Position numbers and translations under genes: made by a program
Shown: positions 1-7,568 of the stretch, piece after piece
How positions within the stretch are numbered: the first letter of the stretch is position 1
How the letters are laid out: the number at the start of each line of letters is the position of its first letter
NCBI GenBank assembly: GCA_030754595.1
Contig: JASLZZ010000095.1
Coordinates: 1-10,693, forward strand
Direction: 5' to 3'
Length of the DNA stretch: 10,693 nt
Source of the DNA: Nitrospinota bacterium
GTDB lineage: Bacteria > UBA8248
Notes under the pieces: generated by a model
Database searches by the model: none
What the model was told of the DNA's origin: nothing
The model's input: only the letters and a program-made list of their open reading frames with translations

Positions 1-161
1 GCAGGCGATGGATCATCGAGCGGACGATTGCCTGGTTTGGCAACTTCCGCAGGCTGACCGTGCGATGGGACCGACTGATGGAAACCTACGGTGGATTCTT
101 TCATATGGCTTGTGCCCTGATCACGACGAGAAAACTCATGAAGATTATGAAATGACTTCTA
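1..161 (+). mobile_element. Right end of an IS5-family insertion sequence: transposase C-terminus (3..155, 5'-partial) plus candidate right terminal repeat
   Basis: Frame 3 from base 3 reads RRWIIERTIAWFGNFRRLTVRWDRLMETYGGFFHMACALITTRKLMKIMK* (TGA 153-155), matching the IS5 DDE C-terminal pattern RW.(V/I)ERT.AW...FRRL..R(Y/W)(D/E)R. Candidate end TTATGAAATGACTTC (145-159) followed by TA (160-161); the left end is outside the window, so the IR is unverified. Confidence 0.88.
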
Positions 162-450
162 CTACGAACAGGAAGAAAACGAGCCTTGGCTCATCGCCTG
201 GTTGGGAGAATACGGAAAGAGCCCGGAAACGGCGCTGCGCATGTGACGCAACGCCCAGGTGGCGGCCCGCTCGTCGGTTCTTCCTATCGGGGATATCTTT
301 CGCCCCAAATCTCTCACCGAGTGCAGCCAAATTTACAAGGAACGCTCCATTGAACTGGGTGTTCGCGTCAGTAGGACGGTAATCGAGCGGGCCGGCCTCT
401 CGCCGAAAGACATCGACATGATTATCACCGTCTCCTGCACGGGATTCATT
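160..450 (+). pseudogene. Type III polyketide synthase (chalcone/stilbene synthase family) N-terminal remnant
   Basis: Frame 1 reads YYEQEENEPWLIAWLGEYGKSPETALRM*RNAQVAARSSVLPIGDIFRPKSLTECSQIYKERSIELGVRVSRTVIERAGLSPKDIDMIITVSCTGFI. AGLxPxDID.IITVSCTG is typical of type III PKS. In-frame TGA at 244-246, 5' end cut by the IS, and similarity ends before the catalytic Cys. Confidence 0.85.
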
Positions 451-898
451 CAGCGGACACTTTAAAGCCCCCTACTATGGCGACCCCGTCCTCCACGATT
501 TTGTCTCCCTCGCCCCGTTCGGCGTGAAGTAGTTCGATGAAATTATCGCTATTGCGACGTGCGGGCGCAAAGGCGACATCCGCCAGACGGCTATCGCGAA
601 TGGTGTAATATACGACAAGGCCATCCAGGTTCCTGTTTCTCATCCTTTCCCAGTCAAAGGCAAAGTTTCCCATGCTGTAAAAGATGGGGCGGCCCTGCCA
701 AATTTCGATCTCTTGAAGAACGTGTGGGTGATGTCCGATCACGATGTCCGCACCGGCCTCGATGGCCGCGCGGCCAATCATACGTTGATAGTCCGCAACT
801 ACGTTGCTCCCCGAAACGCCCCAATGGCAAGAAGCAACGACGACATCCACCTCTTCGCGCAATTGTCTCACCCCTCTTTTTGCTCTGTTCCGCCGCAT
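446..898 (-). pseudogene. CapA/PGA_cap family metallophosphatase, C-terminal fragment only
   Basis: Motifs DVVVASCHWG, GADIVIGHHPHVLQ and PIFYSMGNF are present. The N-terminal half (GD, NLE, ANNH motifs) is absent, and the sequence upstream of about 870 is unrelated AT-rich DNA. Confidence 0.85.
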
Positions 899-990
899 AA
901 TGTGGGATACAATATATTTTTGATTATTTAAGAGTACCCGGGAAATTATTACTCTAGGCCCGTTTTCGGTTCACCAATAAAAATAGCGGT

Positions 991-1019
991 TTGTCATTAA
1001 AAAAGAAATTTGCAATGAT
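991..1019 (+). promoter_or_regulatory. Candidate sigma70 promoter for csp, giving a 5' leader of about 130 nt
   Basis: TTGTCA (991-996), 17 bp spacer, AATGAT (1014-1019) with TG at 1011-1012 (extended -10 position), in AT-rich context. Long leaders are typical of csp genes. Confidence 0.35.
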
Positions 1020-1156
1020 GGGATATATCTCAACACGTTATCATCTCGATTAGGCGGGTTGGGAATCCGTAAGGATTTTTTGGCCGCAGTGTATTCGCGC
1101 CAAAGGGGGGTGCCGGGTCGCGTAGCTGCCTTTCATTTTCTTAGGAGAACGGTAAA

Positions 1157-1366
1157 GTGCCAGAAGGAACAGTAAAGTGGTTCAACGATTCAAAAGGGTA
1201 TGGATTCATCTCACAGGAAGAGGGAGATGACGTTTTTGTTCATCATTCGGCCATCCAACAAGAAGGTTTCAAATCCCTCGAAGAAGGAGAGAAGGTCACA
1301 TTTGAAATTGTCCAGGGCCCAAAGGGCCTTCAGGCGGCAAATGTAACGAAAACGGGAAATGCATAG
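1157..1366 (+). CDS. csp: Cold-shock protein (CspA family)
   Basis: GTVKWFN, RNP1 KGYGFI, RNP2 [29 protein letters not shown] upstream of the GTG start. Confidence 0.98.
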   Translation: MPEGTVKWFNDSKGYGFISQEEGDDVFVHHSAIQQEGFKSLEEGEKVTFEIVQGPKGLQAANVTKTGNA

Positions 1367-1378
1367 CGCTACCGAAAC

Positions 1379-1420
1379 CGAAGAAAAACGGCGGCCGTGT
1401 CTGGCCGCCGTTTTTCTTCG
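1379..1420. terminator. Bidirectional intrinsic terminator between convergent csp and DUF992 genes
   Basis: Perfect 18-bp inverted repeat CGAAGAAAAACGGCGGCC (1379-1396) / GGCCGCCGTTTTTCTTCG (1403-1420) with a 6-nt loop; a T-run follows the GC stem on both strands. Confidence 0.92.
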
Positions 1421-1450
1421 CCGGTAAAAAGTTCTTTTCTCGCTTAACGA

Positions 1451-1954
1451 TTACTTGTCGACAGTGAGCTTCAATCTGCTCACGCCGGCGGAAATCCCCG
1501 TTCCTTTAAATGTATCAAATGATGGAACCAGGCTAAAATTATTCTTCAAACCACCGACGAACGCCGTGGTACCGATTCCCTCTTTATATACGCCCACCGA
1601 CACCGATGCGCCGGCATAATCCCCCGCTAGGGTATGACTGCCCATGCTCACATCCGTGGTCAACCCCAAAACAGTAAATTTAAGCGTTTCCTCGGATTTT
1701 TTACTCAAATCGATCCCCAGAAATCCGATCTCGCCCTTGTATTTTTCCTCGCCACTGGATGTCTTGAATGAGCATTTGATCGCAACGGATGACTGGAGAA
1801 AAATTTGTACTCTCGTCCCCGGCTGGGATTTACAGACGAGGCTTCCCAGTTGCACCCCTTCTTTTTTTGCGGCGGCTTCCACCACGGAAAAATAGCCAGC
1901 AACAATCAGGGATGCGGCGACAACTGCGATTCCATATCGGCGGATGATCTTCAT
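1451..1954 (-). CDS. DUF992-family exported protein
   Basis: Signal-peptide-like N-terminus (MKIIRR, hydrophobic stretch, VEA). Pattern G.L.C...SS..I.C.F...E.Y.G.I...GID...LAGDYAGAS...VGG.....SL.P.....G....AG...L.L recalls DUF992. Strong SD AGGAGGAG. Confidence 0.8.
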   Translation of the reverse strand: MKIIRRYGIAVVAASLIVAGYFSVVEAAAKKEGVQLGSLVCKSQPGTRVQIFLQSSVAIKCSFKTSSGEEKYKGEIGFLGIDLSKKSEETLKFTVLGLTTDVSMGSHTLAGDYAGASVSVGVYKEGIGTTAFVGGLKNNFSLVPSFDTFKGTGISAGVSRLKLTVDK

Positions 1955-2128
1955 TTACTCCTCCTGAAAATATTTTCTTTTGATTGCCAATACTTTCACA
2001 CAGATAAAATATCACATCTGGGCGAAAACCAGATAGTGGAATTTCCAAAATCAGGACAGCGCACCTTTTAAATAGGCTTTCAGGGTCCCGCCCAGGTAAG
2101 CCCGCGCGAAGTCCCGATCCAGCCGATC

Positions 2129-2986
2129 TCACAAATAACCCGAAAACGACGGCAGCCCACAGACCCCGCAAAATTCCTCGAAAATCCTGTTTCCATCCGG
2201 TCCCGGCCGGTTCGTCCCGGCGAAATCCGTTCCGAGGACCACCTGGTTCGGAGCGATTCCGGCGATAAATTCAATTTCTTCAAGATGTCTCTCGAACGAG
2301 CCCAAAAACCCCGGGTGCGGCGAGAGGCCAATCAACCCACCCGTCTCGAGGAGCCTCTCCGCCGCCTCCCTTGGCAGCCCTCGCTCCTTAAAACTCTTCT
2401 CTACCGGCTCATCGAGGTGGCCGTGCGAGTAGTGAAGGGCGTTGCCCGTTACGAGCGCCAGATCGATCAGATCCCCTTTCGTCCTGTGGTTAGCGTGGGC
2501 GCAGTCCACCAAGGACCCCCGCGCCCAGGCCCCCATCGCAAACGCGCGCCCGAGACGGGTGAGCCCGCGCGAGGGCTCCCCCTCGGCTCCACCGCCCAAC
2601 GCGTTGTCTTCGTTGTACATCGGCGCCAGGCTCCTGAAGCCCAGCTCCCAGAGCCAATCGAGACGTTCCAAATCCACCTCGCCTTCGATGAAATACACTC
2701 CCTCGGCGTGGAGCAGCTGATTTCCCTCCCCCTCGAGGTCTCCGGCCCCGAGGACCAACCCCAACCCCTCGGCCCTCCGGATGAGCTCGACCTCCTCCTC
2801 GAGCAGCGTCCGTTGCTCCCCGGCCGCGAGGTCCGAGCGCCTCCCCGTCGCCGTGAAGAGACCTCCGAGCCGGGTCGCCGCCGGCAGATCGATCTGCTCT
2901 ATTAAATACTCGCGCCCCTCGGGGGGCCGCTGAATCAACCTGAGGTCGGTGTGAAAATCCCAGACATCCGAAAAAGAAAAATCCAT
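2129..2986 (-). CDS. Membrane dipeptidase (peptidase M19, amidohydrolase fold)-like protein, probably shortened by a premature TGA (plausible ancestral stop 2051-2053)
   Basis: DFHTD metal motif, IEG, GFRSLAPMYNEDNALGGG, GLT.LG, VDCAH, YSHG, GGLIGL, LGTDF. SD GGAG (2994-2997) favours the ATG at 2986. Confidence 0.82.
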   Translation of the reverse strand: MDFSFSDVWDFHTDLRLIQRPPEGREYLIEQIDLPAATRLGGLFTATGRRSDLAAGEQRTLLEEEVELIRRAEGLGLVLGAGDLEGEGNQLLHAEGVYFIEGEVDLERLDWLWELGFRSLAPMYNEDNALGGGAEGEPSRGLTRLGRAFAMGAWARGSLVDCAHANHRTKGDLIDLALVTGNALHYSHGHLDEPVEKSFKERGLPREAAERLLETGGLIGLSPHPGFLGSFERHLEEIEFIAGIAPNQVVLGTDFAGTNRPGPDGNRIFEEFCGVCGLPSFSGYL

Positions 2987-3324
2987 CAATTATCTCCATA
3001 AAATATCGGTCATGGCCACATCCGAAACCGGATTCCTCGCCAAACGAACCGGCCGGGAAAAAAGTACACGTGGAGAAACCCCTCAATTATACAGAGTAAC
3101 TCTGTTGACCCCCATAAGGCTGGCAATTCTTTCACAGCGCCCACTCGGCGGAAAATCCGAAATTTTTCGGGACTCCGGGCTCAACCTCCCTACCCCCCAA
3201 CTTCATTTTCCCAGCCACAATTTCCCAACCTCGCCCCGGGCCAAAATCGTGTAAAATCCCCCTCAATCTTTTGCATCGAAGTTTAATTTCACCGCCGATT
3301 AAACGATAGGACCCGTCCACTCAA

Positions 3325-4494
3325 ATGAAAATCACCGAAATCCGCGACACCGTTGTCCCCATCCAATCCGAGATACGGAACGCCTACATCGACTTCGGCT
3401 TGATGACGGTGAGCGTCGTCGCCCTGATCACCGATGTTTTTCGGGAGGGAAAGCCCGTCGTCGGCTTCGGTTTTAACTCGAACGGCCGCTACGCCCAGAA
3501 GGGCCTCCTGCGCGAGCGCTTTCTTCCCCGCCTCGAGGTGGCCGCGCCCGATTCGCTAATCAACGAGGAGGGAGACAACCTCGACCCCGAGAAAATATGG
3601 CGGTGCCTGATGAAAAACGAGAAGCCGGGCGGCCACGGCGACCGCTCGGTGGCCGTCGGCGTCATCGACATGGCCGTCTGGGACGCGGTGGCCAAGATCG
3701 CGGGCCTCCCCCTCTACCGCTACCTCGCCGATCGCTACCGGGGGGGCGAGGCCGAGGAAAGAGTCTCCGTTTACGCGGCGGGAGGCTACTACTATCCGGG
3801 CAAGGACCTCGGCGCCCTGAAGGACGAGATGAGGAGCTACCTCGACCGGGGCTACACGACCGTCAAGATGAAAATCGGTGGCGCCTCCCTCGATGAGGAT
3901 TTAGGCCGGATAGAAGCCGTGCTTTCCGTGGTCGGGGAGGGCCAGAACCTCGCCGTTGACGCGAACGGAAAATTCGACCTCGAAACCGCCGCCGCCTATG
4001 GCGATGCGATGGCGCCCTACGGCCTCCGCTGGTACGAGGAGGCGGGCGACCCCCTCGACTATGCGCTTCAGGCCGAGTTGTCGAAGCGCTACGAGGGCCC
4101 GATGGCCACCGGCGAGAATCTTTTCTCCCACCAGGACGCCCGCAACCTCATCCGCCACGGCGGCCTGCGTCCGGACCGCGATATCCTGCAATTCGACTGC
4201 GCCCTGAGCTATGGTCTCGTCGAGTACCTGCGCACCCTCGAAATGCTCGAAGCAAGCGGCTGGTCCCGCCGCTCCTGCGTCCCCCACGGGGGGCATCAGA
4301 TGTGCCTCAACATCGCGGCCGGCCTCGGCCTCGGCGGAAACGAGTCCTACCCGGACGTATTCAAGCCCTTCAACGGCTTCGCCGACGATGTCGCCGTCGA
4401 GGGGGGCTACGTCGGCTTTCCCGATATCCCGGGCATCGGCCTCGAGGCCAAGAACGAGCCCTACGGGATCATGAAAGAACTCGCGGGAATTTAA
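3325..4494 (+). CDS. tarD: Enolase superfamily, mandelate racemase subgroup; close homologue of D(-)-tartrate dehydratase
   Basis: Long segments match my recollection of Bradyrhizobium TarD: IRNAYIDF, GFNSNGRY, NEKPGGHG, AAGGYYYPGK, KMKIGG, VDANG, WYEE.GDPLDY, ATGENLFSHQDARNL, QFDCALSYGL, PHGGHQM, GGNESYPD. Confidence 0.88.
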   Translation: MKITEIRDTVVPIQSEIRNAYIDFGLMTVSVVALITDVFREGKPVVGFGFNSNGRYAQKGLLRERFLPRLEVAAPDSLINEEGDNLDPEKIWRCLMKNEKPGGHGDRSVAVGVIDMAVWDAVAKIAGLPLYRYLADRYRGGEAEERVSVYAAGGYYYPGKDLGALKDEMRSYLDRGYTTVKMKIGGASLDEDLGRIEAVLSVVGEGQNLAVDANGKFDLETAAAYGDAMAPYGLRWYEEAGDPLDYALQAELSKRYEGPMATGENLFSHQDARNLIRHGGLRPDRDILQFDCALSYGLVEYLRTLEMLEASGWSRRSCVPHGGHQMCLNIAAGLGLGGNESYPDVFKPFNGFADDVAVEGGYVGFPDIPGIGLEAKNEPYGIMKELAGI

Positions 4495-4608
4495 AGGAAG
4501 TAGGTTATGACCGGCGGTGGTTGCATCCTGGGCCGCTTTGTATGAAAAATATCCCTGCTCCCGGAGCTTTCCAGGGGCCCTCACCCACAGACCGAAACGG
4601 AGTCCAAA

Positions 4609-5874
4609 TTGTACGGACAGACAGCGGCACAAAAGATCATCGCCCGCTCCAGCGGCAGGGAGAGCGTCGGCATCGGCGAGATCGTCTGGGCGAAGGTGGA
4701 CGCCCAGCTGATGCACGACAACCAGGGCCCCTACCGGATGGGCAAAGATTTCGAGTCCCTTGGGCTGCCCATCTGGGACAAGAACAAGTTCGTCCTCTCG
4801 GCGGACCATCACAACCCACCCACCAAGGACCCCCAGACCAAGGTCCTCAACATCACCCGCGCCTTTGCCAAGGAGCAGGAACTGCCCCACTTTTTCGACG
4901 GCGAGGGAATCTGCCACATCCTCATGGCCGAGCGGGGCTTCGTTCGGCCCGGCGGCATCATCACCGGCACCGACAGTCACACCACGAACGCAGGAGCCCT
5001 GGGCGCGATGGGCGTCGCCGTCGGCCCGACCGAGAGCATCGGCATCATCACGACGGGCGAGGTTTGGCTCCGCGTACCCGAGACGATTCGAATTAATTTT
5101 AATGGGAAAAGGCCGCCGGGCATCTGGGGCAAGGATCTCGTTCTCATCGCCCTCAAGGACGTCGGCCTGAACGGAGCGGATTATCAAGTGATCGAGTGGG
5201 GCGGCGAGGCGGTGATGTCGCTTTCGGTCGAGGATCGGATGACGCTGACGAACATGTCCACCGAATTCGCCGCCAAGAGCACACTCGTCGAGGTGGACGA
5301 GAAAACAGAGGCCTATCTCCGCGAGGCGGGAGTGGAGGAGGGTTGGGAGGCGCAGACCTCGGACCCGGATGCCGCCTACGCCGCCTGCCATGAATACGAC
5401 GTCTCGAACCTCTCACCCCAAATCGCCTGCCCCCACCGGATGGACAATGTTTTTCCGGTCGAGGAGGTGGACTCGGGTCCGATCCAGCGGGCGCACATCG
5501 GCTCGTGCACCGGGGCGAAGATCGCGGATCTGCGCGCCGCCGCGAGCGTCATCAAGGGGCGAAAAACCGACATCGGCGTTCAACTCCTCATCGCCCCGGC
5601 GAGCAAGGTCATCATGAACAAGGCTTGGGAAGAAGGGACCCTGGGACCCATCATCGAAGCCGGGGGAGTGCTCTTGCCCACCACCTGCGGCATCTGCGCC
5701 GGCACCGGGCTCGGCCAGCTCGGCCCCGGGGAGGTGGGAATCTCCTCCGCCAACCGGAACTACAAGGGCCGAATGGGCAGCATCGACGCCTCTATCTACC
5801 TGGGCTCGGCGGCGACGGTGGCGGCCAGCGCGATCATGGGCAAGGTGGCCGACCCACGTGAGTTTCTCTCATGA
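4609..5874 (+). CDS. Aconitase-family hydro-lyase large subunit (LeuC/HacA/DmdA type)
   Basis: DH, GICH and TDSHT motifs; [4Fe-4S] ligands GSCT and CGIC; NRNYKGRMG. TTG start with SD GGAG. Confidence 0.93.
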   Translation: MYGQTAAQKIIARSSGRESVGIGEIVWAKVDAQLMHDNQGPYRMGKDFESLGLPIWDKNKFVLSADHHNPPTKDPQTKVLNITRAFAKEQELPHFFDGEGICHILMAERGFVRPGGIITGTDSHTTNAGALGAMGVAVGPTESIGIITTGEVWLRVPETIRINFNGKRPPGIWGKDLVLIALKDVGLNGADYQVIEWGGEAVMSLSVEDRMTLTNMSTEFAAKSTLVEVDEKTEAYLREAGVEEGWEAQTSDPDAAYAACHEYDVSNLSPQIACPHRMDNVFPVEEVDSGPIQRAHIGSCTGAKIADLRAAASVIKGRKTDIGVQLLIAPASKVIMNKAWEEGTLGPIIEAGGVLLPTTCGICAGTGLGQLGPGEVGISSANRNYKGRMGSIDASIYLGSAATVAASAIMGKVADPREFLS

Positions 5875-6380
5875 GCGGCGCGGCGGCGGGGGCCATCGAG
5901 GGGAACGCCTGGGTTTTCGGCGACAACATCGACACGGGCTTCATCATGCCGGGCGCCTTCGGGAGCCTGCCCGACGAGGAACTCGCCCACCACGTCATGA
6001 GCGGAATCGACCCCGAGTTTGCGGGCAAGGTCCAGCCCGGCGACATCGTCGTGGGCGGCAAGATGTTCGGCTGCGGATCAAGCCGCGAGACCGCCCCGCG
6101 CGGGCTCAAGTTCGCCCGGGTCGGAGCCATCGTCGCCCAGAGCTTCGCGCGCACTTTTTTTAGAAACGCTATCTCCATCGGTCTCCCCGTCCTCATCTGC
6201 CCGGAGGCCGGCGTCATCGAACCGGGCGACCGCCTCCGCGCTGACCCCATCGCCGGCGAAATCGAAAACCTCACCCAGGGCAATCTTTTGCGCTCCGAAT
6301 CCCTGCCCGATCATCTGATGGAAATGGTCCGGGCGGGCGGCCTCGTGCCCTACCTTCGCGAGCGCCACCAGAAACAGTAA
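5871..6380 (+). CDS. Aconitase-family hydro-lyase small subunit (LeuD/HacB/DmdB type)
   Basis: FGDNIDT, FGCGSSRE, SFARTFFRNA..IGLP, AGGL; ATGA overlap with the large-subunit stop indicates translational coupling. Confidence 0.93.
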   Translation: MSGAAAGAIEGNAWVFGDNIDTGFIMPGAFGSLPDEELAHHVMSGIDPEFAGKVQPGDIVVGGKMFGCGSSRETAPRGLKFARVGAIVAQSFARTFFRNAISIGLPVLICPEAGVIEPGDRLRADPIAGEIENLTQGNLLRSESLPDHLMEMVRAGGLVPYLRERHQKQ

Positions 6381-6469
6381 TCGCGGACACTGACCGGCGG
6401 GCCGCCCTTCAACCCGGCCCCCTACGATCCGATGCGGTTCGCCTGATTCAGGCAACAGCGGCCTTTGAA

Positions 6470-6498
6470 GTCGCCCGCCTTTTCAGGGCGAAGGCGAC
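6470..6498. other. GC-rich intergenic stem-loop
   Basis: GTCGCC-CGCC (6470-6479) pairs with GGCG-(AA bulge)-GGCGAC (6487-6498). No U-tract on the plus strand, so not called a terminator. Confidence 0.45.
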
Positions 6499-6552
6499 GG
6501 GGTAGATTGGCGCTGAAAATTCACTTTCCATGAAAACGTCCTGGAGATTTTC

Positions 6553-7527
6553 ATGAGAGAAATCCTGCTGGCGCAAGGGGCGCTTCGCCTCGCCGAGGTG
6601 AACGGGCGGGTCAAGGCGGGCGAGCGCGTTCTGGTGATTACCGATTACGACACCACCTCCCTGGCCGAGCGGGTGGCGCGGGCGGCCGCCTCGCTGGGCG
6701 GAGAGGTCGTTACCGCCGTCATGCCCCCGCGGAAAATGCACGGGGAGGAGCCCCCCGATACGGTCGCCGCCGCCATGCGCGAGGCCGATGTCATTTTCAT
6801 TCCGGTATCGGTCTCGATGACCCACACCGCGGCGGTCAAGGAGGCGCTCGCCGCCCGGGCCCGGATACTGGCCATGAGCGACTGGTCGGACGAGATGTTC
6901 TTGAGCCCGGCGCTGCTCGAGACGGATTTTCACGCCCAGGCCGAAGTCTGCCGGAGACTCGGCCGCGCCTTCACGGGCGGTGAGCGCTTTCTCCTCACCT
7001 CCCCGTGCGGGACCGACCTTCGGTTCGAGGCGGGCGGGCGAAAGGCCAACGTGATGACGAACGTCCCCGGCTCCGGGGAGATTTCGCCCGTCCCCACTAT
7101 CGAGGTCAACGTCTCGCCCATCGAGGGCACCGCCGAGGGGACCCTTGTCGTGGACGCTTCGATCCCATACCTGGGCATCGGCTCGCTCAGGGAGCCTTTC
7201 ACTTGCACGATCGAAAAAGGTTTCATCACGAAAATCAAGGGCGGCGGCGAACAGGTGAAAATTCTACAGGACGCCATCGCCGAGCACGGCGACCCGAACT
7301 GCTGGAACGTCGCCGAACTCGGCGTGGGCCTAAATCCGGGCGCAAGCATGACCGGCCGGATGCTCGAGGACGAAGGGGTTCTCAACACGATTCACATCGG
7401 AATCGGAACTTCGCTCATGCTCGGCGGAGTCCTCAAGGCGGCCACCCACTACGATCTCATCATGTGGGATCCCACCATCGAGATCGACGGGAAGGTGGTC
7501 CAGCGGGGAATGGATATCCTCGTTTAA
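6553..7527 (+). CDS. M29-like metallopeptidase ('leucyl aminopeptidase'/aminopeptidase T-related family)
   Basis: GEEPP N-terminal motif, P..EVNVSP.EG.A.G..VVD, AELGVGLNP, LEDEG...TIHIGIG, HYD; SD GGAG. Confidence 0.85.
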   Translation: MREILLAQGALRLAEVNGRVKAGERVLVITDYDTTSLAERVARAAASLGGEVVTAVMPPRKMHGEEPPDTVAAAMREADVIFIPVSVSMTHTAAVKEALAARARILAMSDWSDEMFLSPALLETDFHAQAEVCRRLGRAFTGGERFLLTSPCGTDLRFEAGGRKANVMTNVPGSGEISPVPTIEVNVSPIEGTAEGTLVVDASIPYLGIGSLREPFTCTIEKGFITKIKGGGEQVKILQDAIAEHGDPNCWNVAELGVGLNPGASMTGRMLEDEGVLNTIHIGIGTSLMLGGVLKAATHYDLIMWDPTIEIDGKVVQRGMDILV

Positions 7528-7568
7528 TCGGCGGAGTCTTTAAACCACAACATTAGTAAACCGGGGCA

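Noticed and set aside
8..382. 124-aa ORF at the window start
   Set aside because: Crosses the IS/PKS junction in a frame different from both recognisable coding remnants.
244..2131. TGA recoding (selenocysteine or alternative genetic code) suggested by in-frame TGAs at 244-246 and 2129-2131
   Set aside because: TGA is the genuine stop of the hydro-lyase large subunit (ATGA overlap), the aminotransferase and the ZIP gene; Trp is encoded by TGG; neither site is a recognisable catalytic Cys position; the PKS is broken in other ways too.
3901..5391. 496-aa minus-strand ORF (and similar overlapping ORFs such as 2285..2905, 4302..5096, 6448..6933, 8900..10060)
   Set aside because: Antisense or alternate-frame shadows of well-supported genes in GC-rich DNA; no recognisable motifs.
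6508..6524. Sigma54 promoter at TGGCGC
   Set aside because: No GC at the required GG-N10-GC spacing (TC found at 6521-6522).
6553..7527. 2,5-dihydroxypyridine dioxygenase (NicX) in a nicotinate/maleamate pathway
   Set aside because: Shares the fold and H/HxD residues, but it retains the Glu ligands of dinuclear hydrolases and no other nic genes are in the window.
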